Shown: positions 28,959-39,649 of the stretch, in pieces | Numbering within the stretch: position 1 is the stretch's first letter | Layout: every line of letters starts with the position of its first letter | DNA from: Candidatus Dormiibacterota bacterium | GTDB taxonomy: Bacteria; Chloroflexota; Dormibacteria; Aeolococcales; Aeolococcaceae | Direction: 5' to 3' | Length of the DNA: 64,000 nucleotides | NCBI GenBank assembly: GCA_963709585.1 | Contig: CAVPXI010000007.1 | Span: 320,001-384,000, forward strand | The notes under the pieces: generated by a model | Told to the model about the DNA's origin: nothing | The model's input: the letters and a program-made list of their open reading frames with translations, nothing else | Database searches by the model: none | Translations under genes and position numbers: made by a program

Positions 28959-30455
28959 TCAGTCGATCAGCTCGCGGAGATCCTGGAGCTGGAGCGTGAT
29001 CCAGCGTGTGATGTCATTGGTCCGCACCACGTCGCGAATCTTTGTCTGGCGAGCCTTCTTCTGCGCCTCGTCCATCATCAACCCCAGGTAGAGCGCCTCC
29101 GCGGTCTCGTCGATGTCGAACGGGTTGACCGTGATCGCCCATTCACCCAGCTCCTCGTGTGAGCCCGCGTTCTCGCTGAGCACCAGGACGCCGTCGCGCT
29201 GGTTGACGAGCGGGCCTTCCTTGGCCACGAGGTTCATGCCGTCGTAGATCGGGTTGACGAGGAGCACGTCGAAGACGCGATACCCCGCGATCGCGCGCTC
29301 CATGTTGTCCTCGATCTCGACGCGAATCGGCGTCCAGCCACCGCGACTGTATTCGCGATTGATGCGCGCCGCGACGCTGAGCACGCTGCCGAGATAGGCA
29401 CGATAGTCGTCGATGTCCTGCCGGCTCGGCTGCAGAAAGGCCCAGAACATCACGTCGCCGGTCAGCTCCGGGTGCGCGGCGAGCAGGCGCTCGTACGCGA
29501 GAAAGCCACGCACGATGTTCTTGCTCAAGTCCGTACGATCGACGCGGAGGATGAGGTGCTTCGGCCGCCATTGGTCGATACGCTCCATCTCCACGAGCAC
29601 CGCGGGCTGCTCCGAATGCTGAATGAATGTTTTCGGATCGACGCTGATCGGGTAATTGCGCACCCACACCGCGCGGCCCTCGGAGAACACGGTGCGCTCG
29701 CGGTGGTCGACCGTCAATCCGAGGTTCTGCTCGCACGTCATCAGAAAATTGCGCACGTCGCGCGACGTCTGGAATCCGATGATGTCCGCACCGAGCAGGC
29801 CGTGCACGATCGCGTCGCGGATGTGCCTCGGCAGCACCGTCCAGTACTGCGGCGTCGGCCACGGGATGTGCACGAAGTGCTGGATGCGCACGTCGGGCCG
29901 GCGCTCGCGGATCAGCCCCGGGACGCAGTACATCTGGTAGTCCTGCACGAACACGACCGCCGGTTTGTCGGAGCGCTCGACCTCGGCGAGCACCCGCGTC
30001 GCGACCAGCTGGTTCACGTTCATGTAGCCGTCCACCCACGCCCTGTGGATCGACTCGTCGACGACCGGCTCGCGCGCCAGGTCCCACAGGTAGTGCTGGA
30101 TGAACCAGAGCAGCGGGTTCGAGATCACGTTGTAGTAGAGGTCGTATGCCTCGCTGGTCGGCTCGACGAAGGCGACCTTGATGGTGGTGCCGTCCTCGGT
30201 GGTGAGCTCGGCCGGGTCACCTCGTTCCGCGAGCCGGCGATCAGAGCTGTCGCGCGCCAGGGCGACCCACACGGCGTCGGTCGCCGAGGCCAGCGAGGTC
30301 ATCGCGGTGACCAGCCCGCCGGCGCCCTTGACCAGTCGCTCCGACGTCCCCCGGTAGGGGTCGGCAGGGTGGAGGACCAGCGGCGCCCGGTTGGCGACGA
30401 TGATCGGCTGGACGCCTCCGAGGATCCTGCGCGTGTACGGCTCGATCGCCGACAA
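28959..30455 (-). CDS. otsA: Trehalose-6-phosphate synthase family glycosyltransferase (GT20)
   Basis: ANRAP, GGLV, QDY, HIPWP, RVDRTDLSKN, DGMNLVAKE. Confidence 0.88.
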   Translation of the reverse strand: MSAIEPYTRRILGGVQPIIVANRAPLVLHPADPYRGTSERLVKGAGGLVTAMTSLASATDAVWVALARDSSDRRLAERGDPAELTTEDGTTIKVAFVEPTSEAYDLYYNVISNPLLWFIQHYLWDLAREPVVDESIHRAWVDGYMNVNQLVATRVLAEVERSDKPAVVFVQDYQMYCVPGLIRERRPDVRIQHFVHIPWPTPQYWTVLPRHIRDAIVHGLLGADIIGFQTSRDVRNFLMTCEQNLGLTVDHRERTVFSEGRAVWVRNYPISVDPKTFIQHSEQPAVLVEMERIDQWRPKHLILRVDRTDLSKNIVRGFLAYERLLAAHPELTGDVMFWAFLQPSRQDIDDYRAYLGSVLSVAARINREYSRGGWTPIRVEIEDNMERAIAGYRVFDVLLVNPIYDGMNLVAKEGPLVNQRDGVLVLSENAGSHEELGEWAITVNPFDIDETAEALYLGLMMDEAQKKARQTKIRDVVRTNDITRWITLQLQDLRELID

Positions 30456-30552
30456 AGGCTCGACTCCATGACAGGCCGAGCGGGGCCCGCCCGCCGAACC
30501 ATGCTACCGGACCGTCCTTTGGTCGTCGCCAGCGGCGACAATCGCGTCTCAC

Positions 30553-31446
30553 ATGAGCCATCCCATCGCCGAGTACCGTGTCGATACGCCTCGATTGGCG
30601 CTCTCGGTGCGAGATCACGCCGGCGGCGAGCCTGCCCTGCTCGCGCTCCACGGGCTGGCGAGCAACGCGCGCTGGTGGGACCTGGTCGCGGACCGACTCG
30701 TCCCCGCCCACCGGGTGATCGCGGTCGACCTTCCCGGTCACGGGCAGAGCGACCGCCCCGACGGCGGGTACGACTTCGACACCGTGTCCCACGATCTCGA
30801 GGGGCTGCTGGCGGCGCTCCGCCATCCCGAGCCGCTGGTGGTGGTCGGGCACAGCTGGGGCGCCACCGTCGCGCTCTCCTTCGCGGCGGCGTATCCGGAC
30901 CTGGCGCTCGGTGTGGTCTGCATCGATGGCGGCGCCGGCGACCTCAAAGCGTACTTCGGGCCGAGCTGGGAGATGGCCGAGCAGACCATGCGTCCGCCGG
31001 CGCTGTCGGGGATCACCCCGGCGATGCTCCGCGCCTGGATGGACTCGTCGCCGCTTCGCGACGGGTCGGACCCGGACACCGCCGCGGCGATCCTTTGCGG
31101 CAACTTCGAGGACGACGGCACCGGCGCGGGCACCCTCCGCCCGAGGCTGTCCCTCGAGCACCACATGCAGATCGCCCACCACCTCTTCGACGCCAACGGG
31201 TACGAGTTGATGGCCAGGGTGCGCTGCCCGATGCTCTTCATCCCGGCGGGCCATCCCGACCACGAGGACTCGCCGAAGGTGCGCTCGATCGCTCGAGCGC
31301 GCGAAGTGGTGGGTGATCGCGCTCACTTCGTGTGGATCGACGGGGTGCACGACCTGCCGGTGCAGCGTCCCGTCGAAGTCGCTGCGGCGATCGCTGCGTT
31401 CGTCGACGAGCTGGCGGCTCAGCCGAGCAGCACGTCCCAGAAGTAG
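30553..31446 (+). CDS. Alpha/beta hydrolase
   Basis: LHGLAS, DLPGHGQSD, GHSWG nucleophile elbow, C-terminal His. Confidence 0.9.
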   Translation: MSHPIAEYRVDTPRLALSVRDHAGGEPALLALHGLASNARWWDLVADRLVPAHRVIAVDLPGHGQSDRPDGGYDFDTVSHDLEGLLAALRHPEPLVVVGHSWGATVALSFAAAYPDLALGVVCIDGGAGDLKAYFGPSWEMAEQTMRPPALSGITPAMLRAWMDSSPLRDGSDPDTAAAILCGNFEDDGTGAGTLRPRLSLEHHMQIAHHLFDANGYELMARVRCPMLFIPAGHPDHEDSPKVRSIARAREVVGDRAHFVWIDGVHDLPVQRPVEVAAAIAAFVDELAAQPSSTSQK

Positions 31447-32945
31447 CGCTCGCTCCGGGGCACGCCCTGGTCGACGTGGATGTGCTTCACCTCGGTGTAC
31501 TCGAGCAGCCCCGCGCGGCCGTGCTCGCGACCGATGCCGCTCTGCTTGTAGCCTCCGAACGGCGCCAGCGGATTGAGCAGGTGCCAGTCGTTGATCCAGA
31601 CGGTCCCGGTGCGCAGTTGTTTGGCGATCTCGATCGCGCCTCGCGTATCCCGCGACCACACCCCGCCCGCCAGGCCGTAGATCGTCCGGTTGGCGCGCTG
31701 GATCACCTCGCCGAGATCGCTCCAGCGCTGCACCGCGAGCACCGGTCCGAAGATCTCCTCGGTGCCGGCGTGCGAATCCGGCGAGACGTTGGTGAGAACG
31801 GTCGGCTGGAGGAAGAAGCCGCGCTCGCTGACGTTGGGCGCCCGTCCGCCACCGCACGCGACGGTCGCGCCCTCCTGCTTTGCCCGCTCAATGGCGGACA
31901 GGATCATGTCGTACTGCGCCTGGCTGATCACCGGGCCGACCTGGGTGTCGAAGTCGGCCGCGTCGCCGACTTGCAGCGACGCCGCACCGTCGACGAGGCG
32001 GTCGACGAACGTGTCGTAGATGTCGTCGTGGACGAAGAGGCGCGTGCCCGATTCGCACATCTGGCCCTGATGGAAGAAGGTGCCGAAGAGCGCGCCGTCG
32101 ACTGCGATGTCGAGGTCCGCGTCGGGGCAGACGATGTTCGCCGATTTACCACCGAGCTCGAGCGTCACCTTCTTGATGGTCGGGGCCGCGGCGGCGAGGA
32201 TCTTGCGGCCGGTCGCCGTCGACCCGGTGAACGCGACCTTGTCCACGTCGGGGTTCTCGACCAGCTCGATCCCGGCGTCGACGCTGTCACCGGTGACCAC
32301 GTTCAGCACACCTCTGGGCAGCAGCCCGGTCTCGTCGATCGCGCGTGCCACCGCGAGCGCGGTCAGCGGCGTCTGCGCGGCCGGCTTGAGCACGATCGAG
32401 TTGCCCATCGCCAGCGCCGGGGCGATCTTCCACATCGCGAAGATGAGCGGGTAGTTCCACGGGATGATCCCGGCGCAGACTCCGACCGGCTCGCGCTGCA
32501 CGAAGTTCCAGGACACGTACGGTGAGTTGATCCAGGGCAGTGGCTCGTACCAGGGGACGCCCAGCCCCTGCTCGGCCATGCTCCGGAACCACTCGATGGC
32601 AAGCGGCACGTCGACCACGGATGTCTTGCGCAGCGCCGCGCCGGCGTTCTGAGACTCGAGCAGTCCCCAACCGTCGGAGACCTCCTGGAGGTGCTCGACG
32701 ATCTGAAACATGATCTGGGTGCGCTGAAGTTGCGACTTGAGACGCCAGTCGCCGGCCTCGAAGGAGCGCCGCGCCGCCGCCACGGCTCGGCGCGCGTCGG
32801 CCCTCGTGCTGGCGGGCGCGACAGCCATCACCTCTTCAGTGGAGGGATTGATCACACCGTAGGTGCGCCCGTCCTCGGCGCCCGTCCACTCGCCGTCGAT
32901 GTACTGCTGATACGTCGCCACATCGGGTTCGACGATCGCCGTCAC
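31419..32945 (-). CDS. Aldehyde dehydrogenase
   Basis: PWNYP, FTGS, LELGGKS, GQMC, EEIFGP, PFGGYKQSG. Confidence 0.95.
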   Translation of the reverse strand: MTAIVEPDVATYQQYIDGEWTGAEDGRTYGVINPSTEEVMAVAPASTRADARRAVAAARRSFEAGDWRLKSQLQRTQIMFQIVEHLQEVSDGWGLLESQNAGAALRKTSVVDVPLAIEWFRSMAEQGLGVPWYEPLPWINSPYVSWNFVQREPVGVCAGIIPWNYPLIFAMWKIAPALAMGNSIVLKPAAQTPLTALAVARAIDETGLLPRGVLNVVTGDSVDAGIELVENPDVDKVAFTGSTATGRKILAAAAPTIKKVTLELGGKSANIVCPDADLDIAVDGALFGTFFHQGQMCESGTRLFVHDDIYDTFVDRLVDGAASLQVGDAADFDTQVGPVISQAQYDMILSAIERAKQEGATVACGGGRAPNVSERGFFLQPTVLTNVSPDSHAGTEEIFGPVLAVQRWSDLGEVIQRANRTIYGLAGGVWSRDTRGAIEIAKQLRTGTVWINDWHLLNPLAPFGGYKQSGIGREHGRAGLLEYTEVKHIHVDQGVPRSERYFWDVLLG

Positions 32946-33121
32946 TGAGAACCTCCACCGCCGCCTGCCGGTCTTGACACCGGTGTCGATTATGCGTCGA
33001 CGCGGGCGCGGTTCCTGACGACCCGTGTGTCCGGCTGCGAATCGCCGATTTGTCCGTAGCGGGGATCTGGCGAACCCCTACGATACTGTCATTCTGCGAA
33101 CGCACATAGTGGAGTTGCGGC

Positions 33122-34426
33122 ATGGATCAGATCGAGTTCGCCGACGGCTTCGACCGCCCCGACACGCTGGCCTTCGGGCTCGGCGCCGGACAGCTCGCGG
33201 TGGTGATGGTGGGCGCGCTGGCCGCCTACTCGCTGGTGCGATCGCCGCTCCCACCATCAATTGTCGACCCGGCGGCGGCGGTGCTCGCTTCGGCGGCGGC
33301 AGGGCTCGGATGGCTGAGGATCGCCGGCCTGCCGGCGCTGGACTGGGCGCTGTTCGCTGGACGGTTTTGGATGCGGGCGCGACGCGGGACGACACGCTGG
33401 GAGCTCGCGGCGGCGGCGCCGGGCAGTGACACGGGTAGAGATGCCGGCGATGACGCGAGCCGAGCTGCCGGCGGTGACGCGGGCCGAGCCGCCGGCGACG
33501 ACCCTCAGCCCGCGGATGTGGCACCCGCAGATACCGGCGACGCTTCTCAGGCGCCGATCCTCGAGCTGTTTGGCCAGCGCGGCGTGTTCCGCGCGGGGCC
33601 GTCGAATCGATCGCCGGGATCCCGTCCGCCATCGCATCCGAACAAACCGCCATCCCTCCGGCCCGCGAGCCGCCCCGACGGCGCCCGCCGCGTGACGTTC
33701 TTCTCGCTGCGCGGCGGCACGGGACGCAGCACGCTTGCCACCGAGCTCACGTGCCTGCTCGCGGCGGCCGAGAGCGGAGACCAGCCCGCGCCCCGCGTCG
33801 CCCTCGTCGACCTCGATTTGCGCAGTCCGAGCGTCGGGGTCCGCCTCGGCACCCCGGAGCGAACGCTGCTCGACTACGCGCTCGCACCGCCCGAGGACCG
33901 CAGCGTCACCGATTTCATGGTCTGCCACGCGTCGGGCGCGCGTGTCTTGCTCGGACCGCAGAGGGCGGTGAACGCGGAGTGGCCGGTCACGCCCGCGCTG
34001 CTGCGCGAGATCCTCCGGGAGCTGGACATGGAGGGCTTCGAACTCGTGGTCCTCGACGTCTCGCCCGAGCTGTCCCCGCTCAACACCACCGCGCTCTGCG
34101 CCTGCGATGACGTCTTCGTGGTGGTCGTGCCCACTGCCGGCGGCGTCCAGGATGCCTACCGCAGCACCGAGGCGCTTCGCCGTCTCGGGCTGCGCCATCA
34201 ACTCCGCTACATCGTCAATCGGTCGCGGCCGGGGACGGACATGAGCGAGCCGATGGCCGACCTCGGCGGTCAGGTGATCGGCGACATCCCCGATGACGAG
34301 TTGGTGATCAGCGCCGAGAACGCCCACCGCCTCGTCGGTCTCGACGGCTCGGCGCCCGCGGCGATCGCGCTGCGCCGTCTCGCGCGCCGGGTCGGGAGCG
34401 AGCTGCGCGCCCCGTGGCCCGGCTGA
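33122..34426 (+). CDS. PrgI-like membrane domain fused to CpaE/MinD-like ATPase
   Basis: DTLAFGLGAGQL plus 2 TM (PrgI-like); low-complexity linker; SLRGGTGRST, VALVDLD, VVLD, VNR. Confidence 0.75.
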   Translation: MDQIEFADGFDRPDTLAFGLGAGQLAVVMVGALAAYSLVRSPLPPSIVDPAAAVLASAAAGLGWLRIAGLPALDWALFAGRFWMRARRGTTRWELAAAAPGSDTGRDAGDDASRAAGGDAGRAAGDDPQPADVAPADTGDASQAPILELFGQRGVFRAGPSNRSPGSRPPSHPNKPPSLRPASRPDGARRVTFFSLRGGTGRSTLATELTCLLAAAESGDQPAPRVALVDLDLRSPSVGVRLGTPERTLLDYALAPPEDRSVTDFMVCHASGARVLLGPQRAVNAEWPVTPALLREILRELDMEGFELVVLDVSPELSPLNTTALCACDDVFVVVVPTAGGVQDAYRSTEALRRLGLRHQLRYIVNRSRPGTDMSEPMADLGGQVIGDIPDDELVISAENAHRLVGLDGSAPAAIALRRLARRVGSELRAPWPG

Positions 34427-34525
34427 GCCCCCGAACCTGGCGCCTGCCGGCGGCCGGGCCTGGCACTCGCGTCCAGGATCGCGGTCCGGGGCGACCGCTG
34501 CGAGCATGCCGGGCTCGTCTCGGCC

Positions 34526-36613
34526 GTGCTCGCGACCAGCGAGCTCGACATCGATGCCCTCGACCCAGCGCGCAAGGCCGCGGCCTCGGCGTCGTTCGCC
34601 CGGATCTGTCACACGCTGCAAACCCCGATGCAGCTGCTCGTCCGGGTCCGCCTGCTCGCCGCCCCGGACGCACCGTCCGGTGACGGCCCGCACGCGCCGC
34701 TCGATGCCGCGATGCACCGCCACTGGACCGAGCAGGTCCGCGACGCGAACCGGTACACCCGCCAGGTCCTCGTCGCACTGAGCGCCGCGACTCCGGCGGC
34801 TCTCGACGCTGTCTGCGCGCAAGCGACCGATCGCCTTGCCGCGATCGGAGTCACGGCAGTGCGCCTCGATGGTGACGCGCTCTTCGCCACGATCACTGAC
34901 GGCTTCGAAGTCACAGTCAGCTGGTACGAGCAACCGAAGTACGCGGTCATCGGGGACGTGATCGCGCGCGGACACGCGCTGCGCCGTCTGCCCGGCCATC
35001 CCGTCGGCGCCGGATGGCTGGCACCACTGCTGAGTGTGCAGACCGAGTGCGACATCGCTGTGCATCTGGCGCCGGCATCACTCGGCGAGGCGCTCGGGCG
35101 TCTCAGCAGGCGTCTTCGCGATTTCTCCGCGCATCGCATGCTCGAGATGGAACGCGGTGCGCTCAGCGACGTGCATGTCGACATCGGGGTGGACTCGGCA
35201 ACGGCGCTTCGCGAGCGGCTCGCTCGCAACCAGGGACGTCCTCTGCATCTCTCGGTGATCGCCACCGTGCGTGGTGATTCCCACGACACCGTTGAGGCGC
35301 GAAGCGCGGCGCTCTGTCTCGGATTCGCGTCGTCGCTCATCGGCGTGGAAGCCACGCACTTCCGCCACATGGCCGCGCTGGTGAGCACGCTCCCGCTCGG
35401 CATCGAAGCGCTCGGAGCCGGCAAGCTCGTGGACTCGACGGCGGCCGCGACGTGCGTTCCCTGGGTCGAGGCCGGGTGCGCCGATCCCGGCGGCTACCGG
35501 CTCGGGGCGGCGATCCGGTCCGGACTGCCGGTGCGGGTCGCGCCCTTCGACACCGCGCGCCATCCCAACCCCAACATCGCCGTGTTCGCAGCCTCGGGTC
35601 ACGGCAAGAGCTTTGCGATCGGGACGCTGGTGCTCGAGGCGGCGGTCGCGGGCGTGAACTCGGTGATCATCGATCCCGAAGGCGAGTACCGCGGCCTCGT
35701 TAGCGCGCTGGGCGGGCGCTACCTCGAGCTGGCGCCGGGAACCGACGCCGCGGTCAACGTGTTCGAGGGCGCCGGCGATGACCCTGAGGAGGCGACGGCC
35801 GCGGTGGTCGATCTGGTCACCGTGCTGTGCGGCGATCAACTCGGCGAGGTCGAGCGCGCGCAGGTCGACGCTGCGGCGCGCGCAGGCTTGCAGCGTGCGG
35901 CAGGCGAACACCGGGTTCCGCTGCTCGAGGACTGCCTCTTGACGCTCGATGTCGATGCCCGTCCGGTTGCCGCGGTCGTGCGGCGTTTCTGCACCGGCGG
36001 CCTCGGCGCGTTGTTCAACCGGCCCACGTCGATAGCGGTCGATTCCGGCGTGTGTGCGATCTCGCTTCGCGACATGCCACCCGAGCACGTGGCGGCGGCG
36101 ACGCTGATCGTCGCGCGCTGGCTCTGGGAGTTGGTGCGACGCGATCGCCGTCGCCGGCACATCGTGTTCGATGAGGTTGGCGCGCTCTGCGTTCACCGGC
36201 CGCTGCGTGATCTGCTCGTGCAGCTCGCGCGGCGCTGCCGCAAGTACGGAGCGTCGCTCGTGGTGGCGACGCAGAACGCGCAGGACCTTCTCGGCAGCGA
36301 CGAGGGCAGCGTGATCGCGACCAACTGCGCGGTGGTGCTGCTCGGTGGTCATCGAGCCGCTGAAACCGCGCGAATGGAGCGCGCGTTCGGCCTCACCGAC
36401 GCGCAACGCGGCTTCCTCGAGACCGCATCTCGCGGCGAGTTCCTGTTGATCGCGGGCGATCGACGCGTTGCCATGCGCATCGAGGTTCCCGAGCTGCATC
36501 GGTCCATACTCACCGACGAAACTGATGCGTCATACCCCCTTGACGTCCGGCTTCCCGACTCGCAAGATATGGGGGCTCCCGGACGGCCGAGCCCCAAGAT
36601 ATGGGATCATTAG
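34526..36613 (+). CDS. VirB4-like ATPase (start and stop uncertain)
   Basis: NPNIAVFAASGHGKS, IIDPEGEY, VFDEVG, RRCRKYG, VATQN; probable real start GTG 34414 with an indel; C-terminus runs into nrdJ promoter. Confidence 0.82.
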   Translation: MLATSELDIDALDPARKAAASASFARICHTLQTPMQLLVRVRLLAAPDAPSGDGPHAPLDAAMHRHWTEQVRDANRYTRQVLVALSAATPAALDAVCAQATDRLAAIGVTAVRLDGDALFATITDGFEVTVSWYEQPKYAVIGDVIARGHALRRLPGHPVGAGWLAPLLSVQTECDIAVHLAPASLGEALGRLSRRLRDFSAHRMLEMERGALSDVHVDIGVDSATALRERLARNQGRPLHLSVIATVRGDSHDTVEARSAALCLGFASSLIGVEATHFRHMAALVSTLPLGIEALGAGKLVDSTAAATCVPWVEAGCADPGGYRLGAAIRSGLPVRVAPFDTARHPNPNIAVFAASGHGKSFAIGTLVLEAAVAGVNSVIIDPEGEYRGLVSALGGRYLELAPGTDAAVNVFEGAGDDPEEATAAVVDLVTVLCGDQLGEVERAQVDAAARAGLQRAAGEHRVPLLEDCLLTLDVDARPVAAVVRRFCTGGLGALFNRPTSIAVDSGVCAISLRDMPPEHVAAATLIVARWLWELVRRDRRRRHIVFDEVGALCVHRPLRDLLVQLARRCRKYGASLVVATQNAQDLLGSDEGSVIATNCAVVLLGGHRAAETARMERAFGLTDAQRGFLETASRGEFLLIAGDRRVAMRIEVPELHRSILTDETDASYPLDVRLPDSQDMGAPGRPSPKIWDH
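36540..36606 (+). promoter_or_regulatory. nrdJ promoter with tandem NrdR boxes
   Basis: CAAGATATGGG at 36563 and 36595 (32 bp apart); TTGACG-17bp-CAAGAT overlaps box 1. Confidence 0.8.
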
Positions 36614-36715
36614 GGTGATCTCAGCACGCGGAGATTGGGACAGCAAGCCGCCAGGGCGCCGTCCTGCACACGTCTTCGCACAATGAAGCGCCCACCAGAC
36701 AGAAGAGGAAAGACC

Positions 36716-39586
36716 GTGGATCGATCCGCCTCCAAACCCGTCCCAGACGACTCGCACAGCATCTCGATGGAACCGCCGTCGGGCCGTCGATCGAGTCGCA
36801 GAACCGGGACGGCGCAGGCACGGCTCGGCACCAAAGTTGAGGTTGAGGGCGGCGGTATCCACGTCGAGCGGCGCTTGACGCACGAGGGCGTGCATCCCTT
36901 CGACGAGGTCACCTGGGAAACGCGGACCGCGGCGATCGGCAACGAGAAGGGCGAGACCGTCTTCGAGCAGAAGGACTGCGAGATCCCGACATTCTGGTCA
37001 CAGATGGCCACAAACGTCGTGGTCAGCAAGTACTTCCGCGGCAAGCTCGGCACCCCGGGTCGTGAGCACAGCGTCAAGCAGATGATCTCGCGGGTTGCGG
37101 ACACGATCGGGAAGTGGGGCAGGGAAGGCGGCTACTTCGCCACCGAGACCGACGCCCAGGCCTTTCAGGATGAGCTCACCCACCTCTTGCTCCATCAGAA
37201 GATGAGCTTCAACAGCCCGGTGTGGTTCAACATCGGCGTCCCCGGCAGCAGGAATCAGGCGAGCGCGTGCTTTATCAACAGCGTCGAGGACACGATGGAG
37301 TCGATCCTCACGCTCGCCAAGACCGAGGGCATGCTCTTCAAGTACGGCAGCGGGACGGGGACCAACCTCTCCACGATTCGCTCCTCGACCGAGTCGCTCG
37401 CCGGCGGCGGCACCGCCAGCGGACCGGTATCCTTCATGAAGGGGTTCGACGCCTTCGCGGGTGTCATCAAGAGCGGTGGGACCACGCGGCGTGCCGCCAA
37501 GATGGTCATCCTCAACGCCGATCATCCCGATATCGAGGACTTCGTCACCTGCAAGGTGAGCGAGGAGCGCAAGGCGTGGGCGCTCATCGAGGGTGGCTAC
37601 GACAGCTCCTTCACCGGTGAGGCGTATTCGTCGGTCTTCTTCCAGAACAGCAACAACTCGGTGCGCGTGACCGACGAGTTCATGCGCGCCTTGCAGGACG
37701 ATCGCGACTGGCATCTGCGCGCGGTGACCAACTCCAACCGGATCCTCAAGACCGTCAAGGCCCGCGAGCTCATGCGTCTCATCGCCGAGTCGGCATGGCA
37801 GTGCGGCGATCCCGGCATGCAGTACGACACCACCATCAACGACTGGCACACGTCGGCGGCCACCGGGCGGATCAACGCCAGCAACCCCTGCAGCGAGTTC
37901 ATGTTCCTGGACGACACCAGCTGCAACCTCGCGTCGATCAACCTCACCAGGTTCCTCAACGACGACGGCTCGATCGACATCGAGGCCTACAAGCACGCGA
38001 TCCACATCACCATCACCGCCCAGGAGATCCTGGTCAGCAACGCCTCGTACCCCACCGAGAAGATCACAAAGAACAGCGAGGAGTTCCGGCCGCTCGGTCT
38101 CGGGTACGCGAATCTCGGTGCGCTGCTGATGGCCCGCGGCGTTCCCTACGACTCGCCGCAGGGTCGTGACCTCGCCGCCTGCCTCACCTCGATTCTCACC
38201 GGCGAGGCGTACGCGCAGTCCTCACGCATCGCCCGCGAGATCGGCCCGTTCAGCGGCTACGCCGCCAACCGCCAGCCGATGCTGCGCGTGGTCGGCAAGC
38301 ATCGCGAGGCCGCGTACAACATCCCAACCGACAACATCGAGCCCGATCTCGTCGGCGCCGCCCGGCACGCATGGGATGAGGCACACGAGCTCGGCGCGCG
38401 CCACGGTTATCGCAACGCCCAGGCATCGGTGCTCGCCCCCACCGGGACGATCAGCTTCATGCTCGACTGCGACACCACCGGCGTCGAGCCGGACATCGCG
38501 CTCGTCAAGTACAAGAAGCTCGTCGGCGGCGGGATGTTGAAGATGGTCAACGGCACCGTGCCGGCCGCGTTGCGCCGGCTCGGCTATGGCGAGACCGCGA
38601 TCGGGGACATCATCGCGTACATCGACGCCAACGACACCATCGAGGGCGCGCCGACGCTGCGCGATGAGGACGTCGCCGTCTTCGATTGTGCGTTCACACC
38701 ACAGAACGGCAAGCGCTCGATCACGTGGCAGGGCCACCTCCGGATGATGGCCGCAGTGCAGCCGTTCATCAGCGGCGCGATCTCGAAGACGGTGAACATG
38801 CCCAACGAGGCGACCGTTGAGGACATCGAGCGCGCGTACACCGACGGGTGGAAGCTCGGGCTCAAGGCGGTCGCGATCTACCGCGACGGCAGCAAGCGCA
38901 GCCAGCCGCTGGCGACGAGCATCGACAAGACGACGGGACACCGCGTCCAGGTCGTCGAGCGTCCGCTGCGCAAGCGTCTGCCGGCAGAACGCACCGCGAT
39001 CACCCACAAGTTCGAGGTCGGTGGCCACGAGGGATACATCACCGTCGGCCTCTACGAGGACGGCACACCCGGCGAGATCTTCCTGCGCATGGCCAAGGAG
39101 GGCTCGACGGTCAGCGGGCTCATGAACTCGTTCGCCACCGCCGTATCACTCGCCCTTCAATACGGCGTCCCGCTGCCGGCGCTCGTCGACAAGTTCTCGC
39201 ACACGCGCTTCGACCCGCAGGGGTTCACGCGCAACCCGGAAATCCCGATCGCCAAGTCGGTGATGGATTACATCTTCCGCTGGCTCGCGTCCCGCTTCCT
39301 GCCCCAGGAAGATCGCGACCGGCTCGGCATCATCCGCCGCGAGCCCGACGGCAGCGTGACCGAACCGGTGTCTGCTTCTGACGCCGCGATCGAGGCCATG
39401 GCACCGGTCGCGGTTGCTCCTTCCGCCGCGGCGCGCAAGCCGGTCGCCGCGATTCCCGTGACCAGCGCGGGCGCATTCATCAACCAGGAAGACGCACCCA
39501 CCTGCAGCGATTGCGGCAGCCTGATGGTGCGCAACGGCGCCTGCTACAAGTGCCACAACTGCGGAGCAACGAGCGGCTGCAGCTGA
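36716..39586 (+). CDS. nrdJ: Vitamin B12-dependent (class II) ribonucleotide reductase with TSCPD domain
   Basis: FNSPVWFN, ASACFI, TTRRAAKM, SNPCSE, APTGT, ISKTVN, C-terminal CxxC..CxxC..GCS; GTG 36716 after AGAGGA. Confidence 0.95.
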   Translation: MDRSASKPVPDDSHSISMEPPSGRRSSRRTGTAQARLGTKVEVEGGGIHVERRLTHEGVHPFDEVTWETRTAAIGNEKGETVFEQKDCEIPTFWSQMATNVVVSKYFRGKLGTPGREHSVKQMISRVADTIGKWGREGGYFATETDAQAFQDELTHLLLHQKMSFNSPVWFNIGVPGSRNQASACFINSVEDTMESILTLAKTEGMLFKYGSGTGTNLSTIRSSTESLAGGGTASGPVSFMKGFDAFAGVIKSGGTTRRAAKMVILNADHPDIEDFVTCKVSEERKAWALIEGGYDSSFTGEAYSSVFFQNSNNSVRVTDEFMRALQDDRDWHLRAVTNSNRILKTVKARELMRLIAESAWQCGDPGMQYDTTINDWHTSAATGRINASNPCSEFMFLDDTSCNLASINLTRFLNDDGSIDIEAYKHAIHITITAQEILVSNASYPTEKITKNSEEFRPLGLGYANLGALLMARGVPYDSPQGRDLAACLTSILTGEAYAQSSRIAREIGPFSGYAANRQPMLRVVGKHREAAYNIPTDNIEPDLVGAARHAWDEAHELGARHGYRNAQASVLAPTGTISFMLDCDTTGVEPDIALVKYKKLVGGGMLKMVNGTVPAALRRLGYGETAIGDIIAYIDANDTIEGAPTLRDEDVAVFDCAFTPQNGKRSITWQGHLRMMAAVQPFISGAISKTVNMPNEATVEDIERAYTDGWKLGLKAVAIYRDGSKRSQPLATSIDKTTGHRVQVVERPLRKRLPAERTAITHKFEVGGHEGYITVGLYEDGTPGEIFLRMAKEGSTVSGLMNSFATAVSLALQYGVPLPALVDKFSHTRFDPQGFTRNPEIPIAKSVMDYIFRWLASRFLPQEDRDRLGIIRREPDGSVTEPVSASDAAIEAMAPVAVAPSAAARKPVAAIPVTSAGAFINQEDAPTCSDCGSLMVRNGACYKCHNCGATSGCS

Positions 39587-39614
39587 TTTCCTAGCACCTC
39601 CTCCCCTCTCGCCC

Positions 39615-39649
39615 GGGCCGCCTCCGAAACGCTTGGAGGCGGCCCTCTT
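39615..39649 (+). terminator. Intrinsic terminator hairpin after nrdJ
   Basis: GGGCCGCCTCC / GGAGGCGGCCC 11-bp stem followed by TCTT. Confidence 0.7.
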
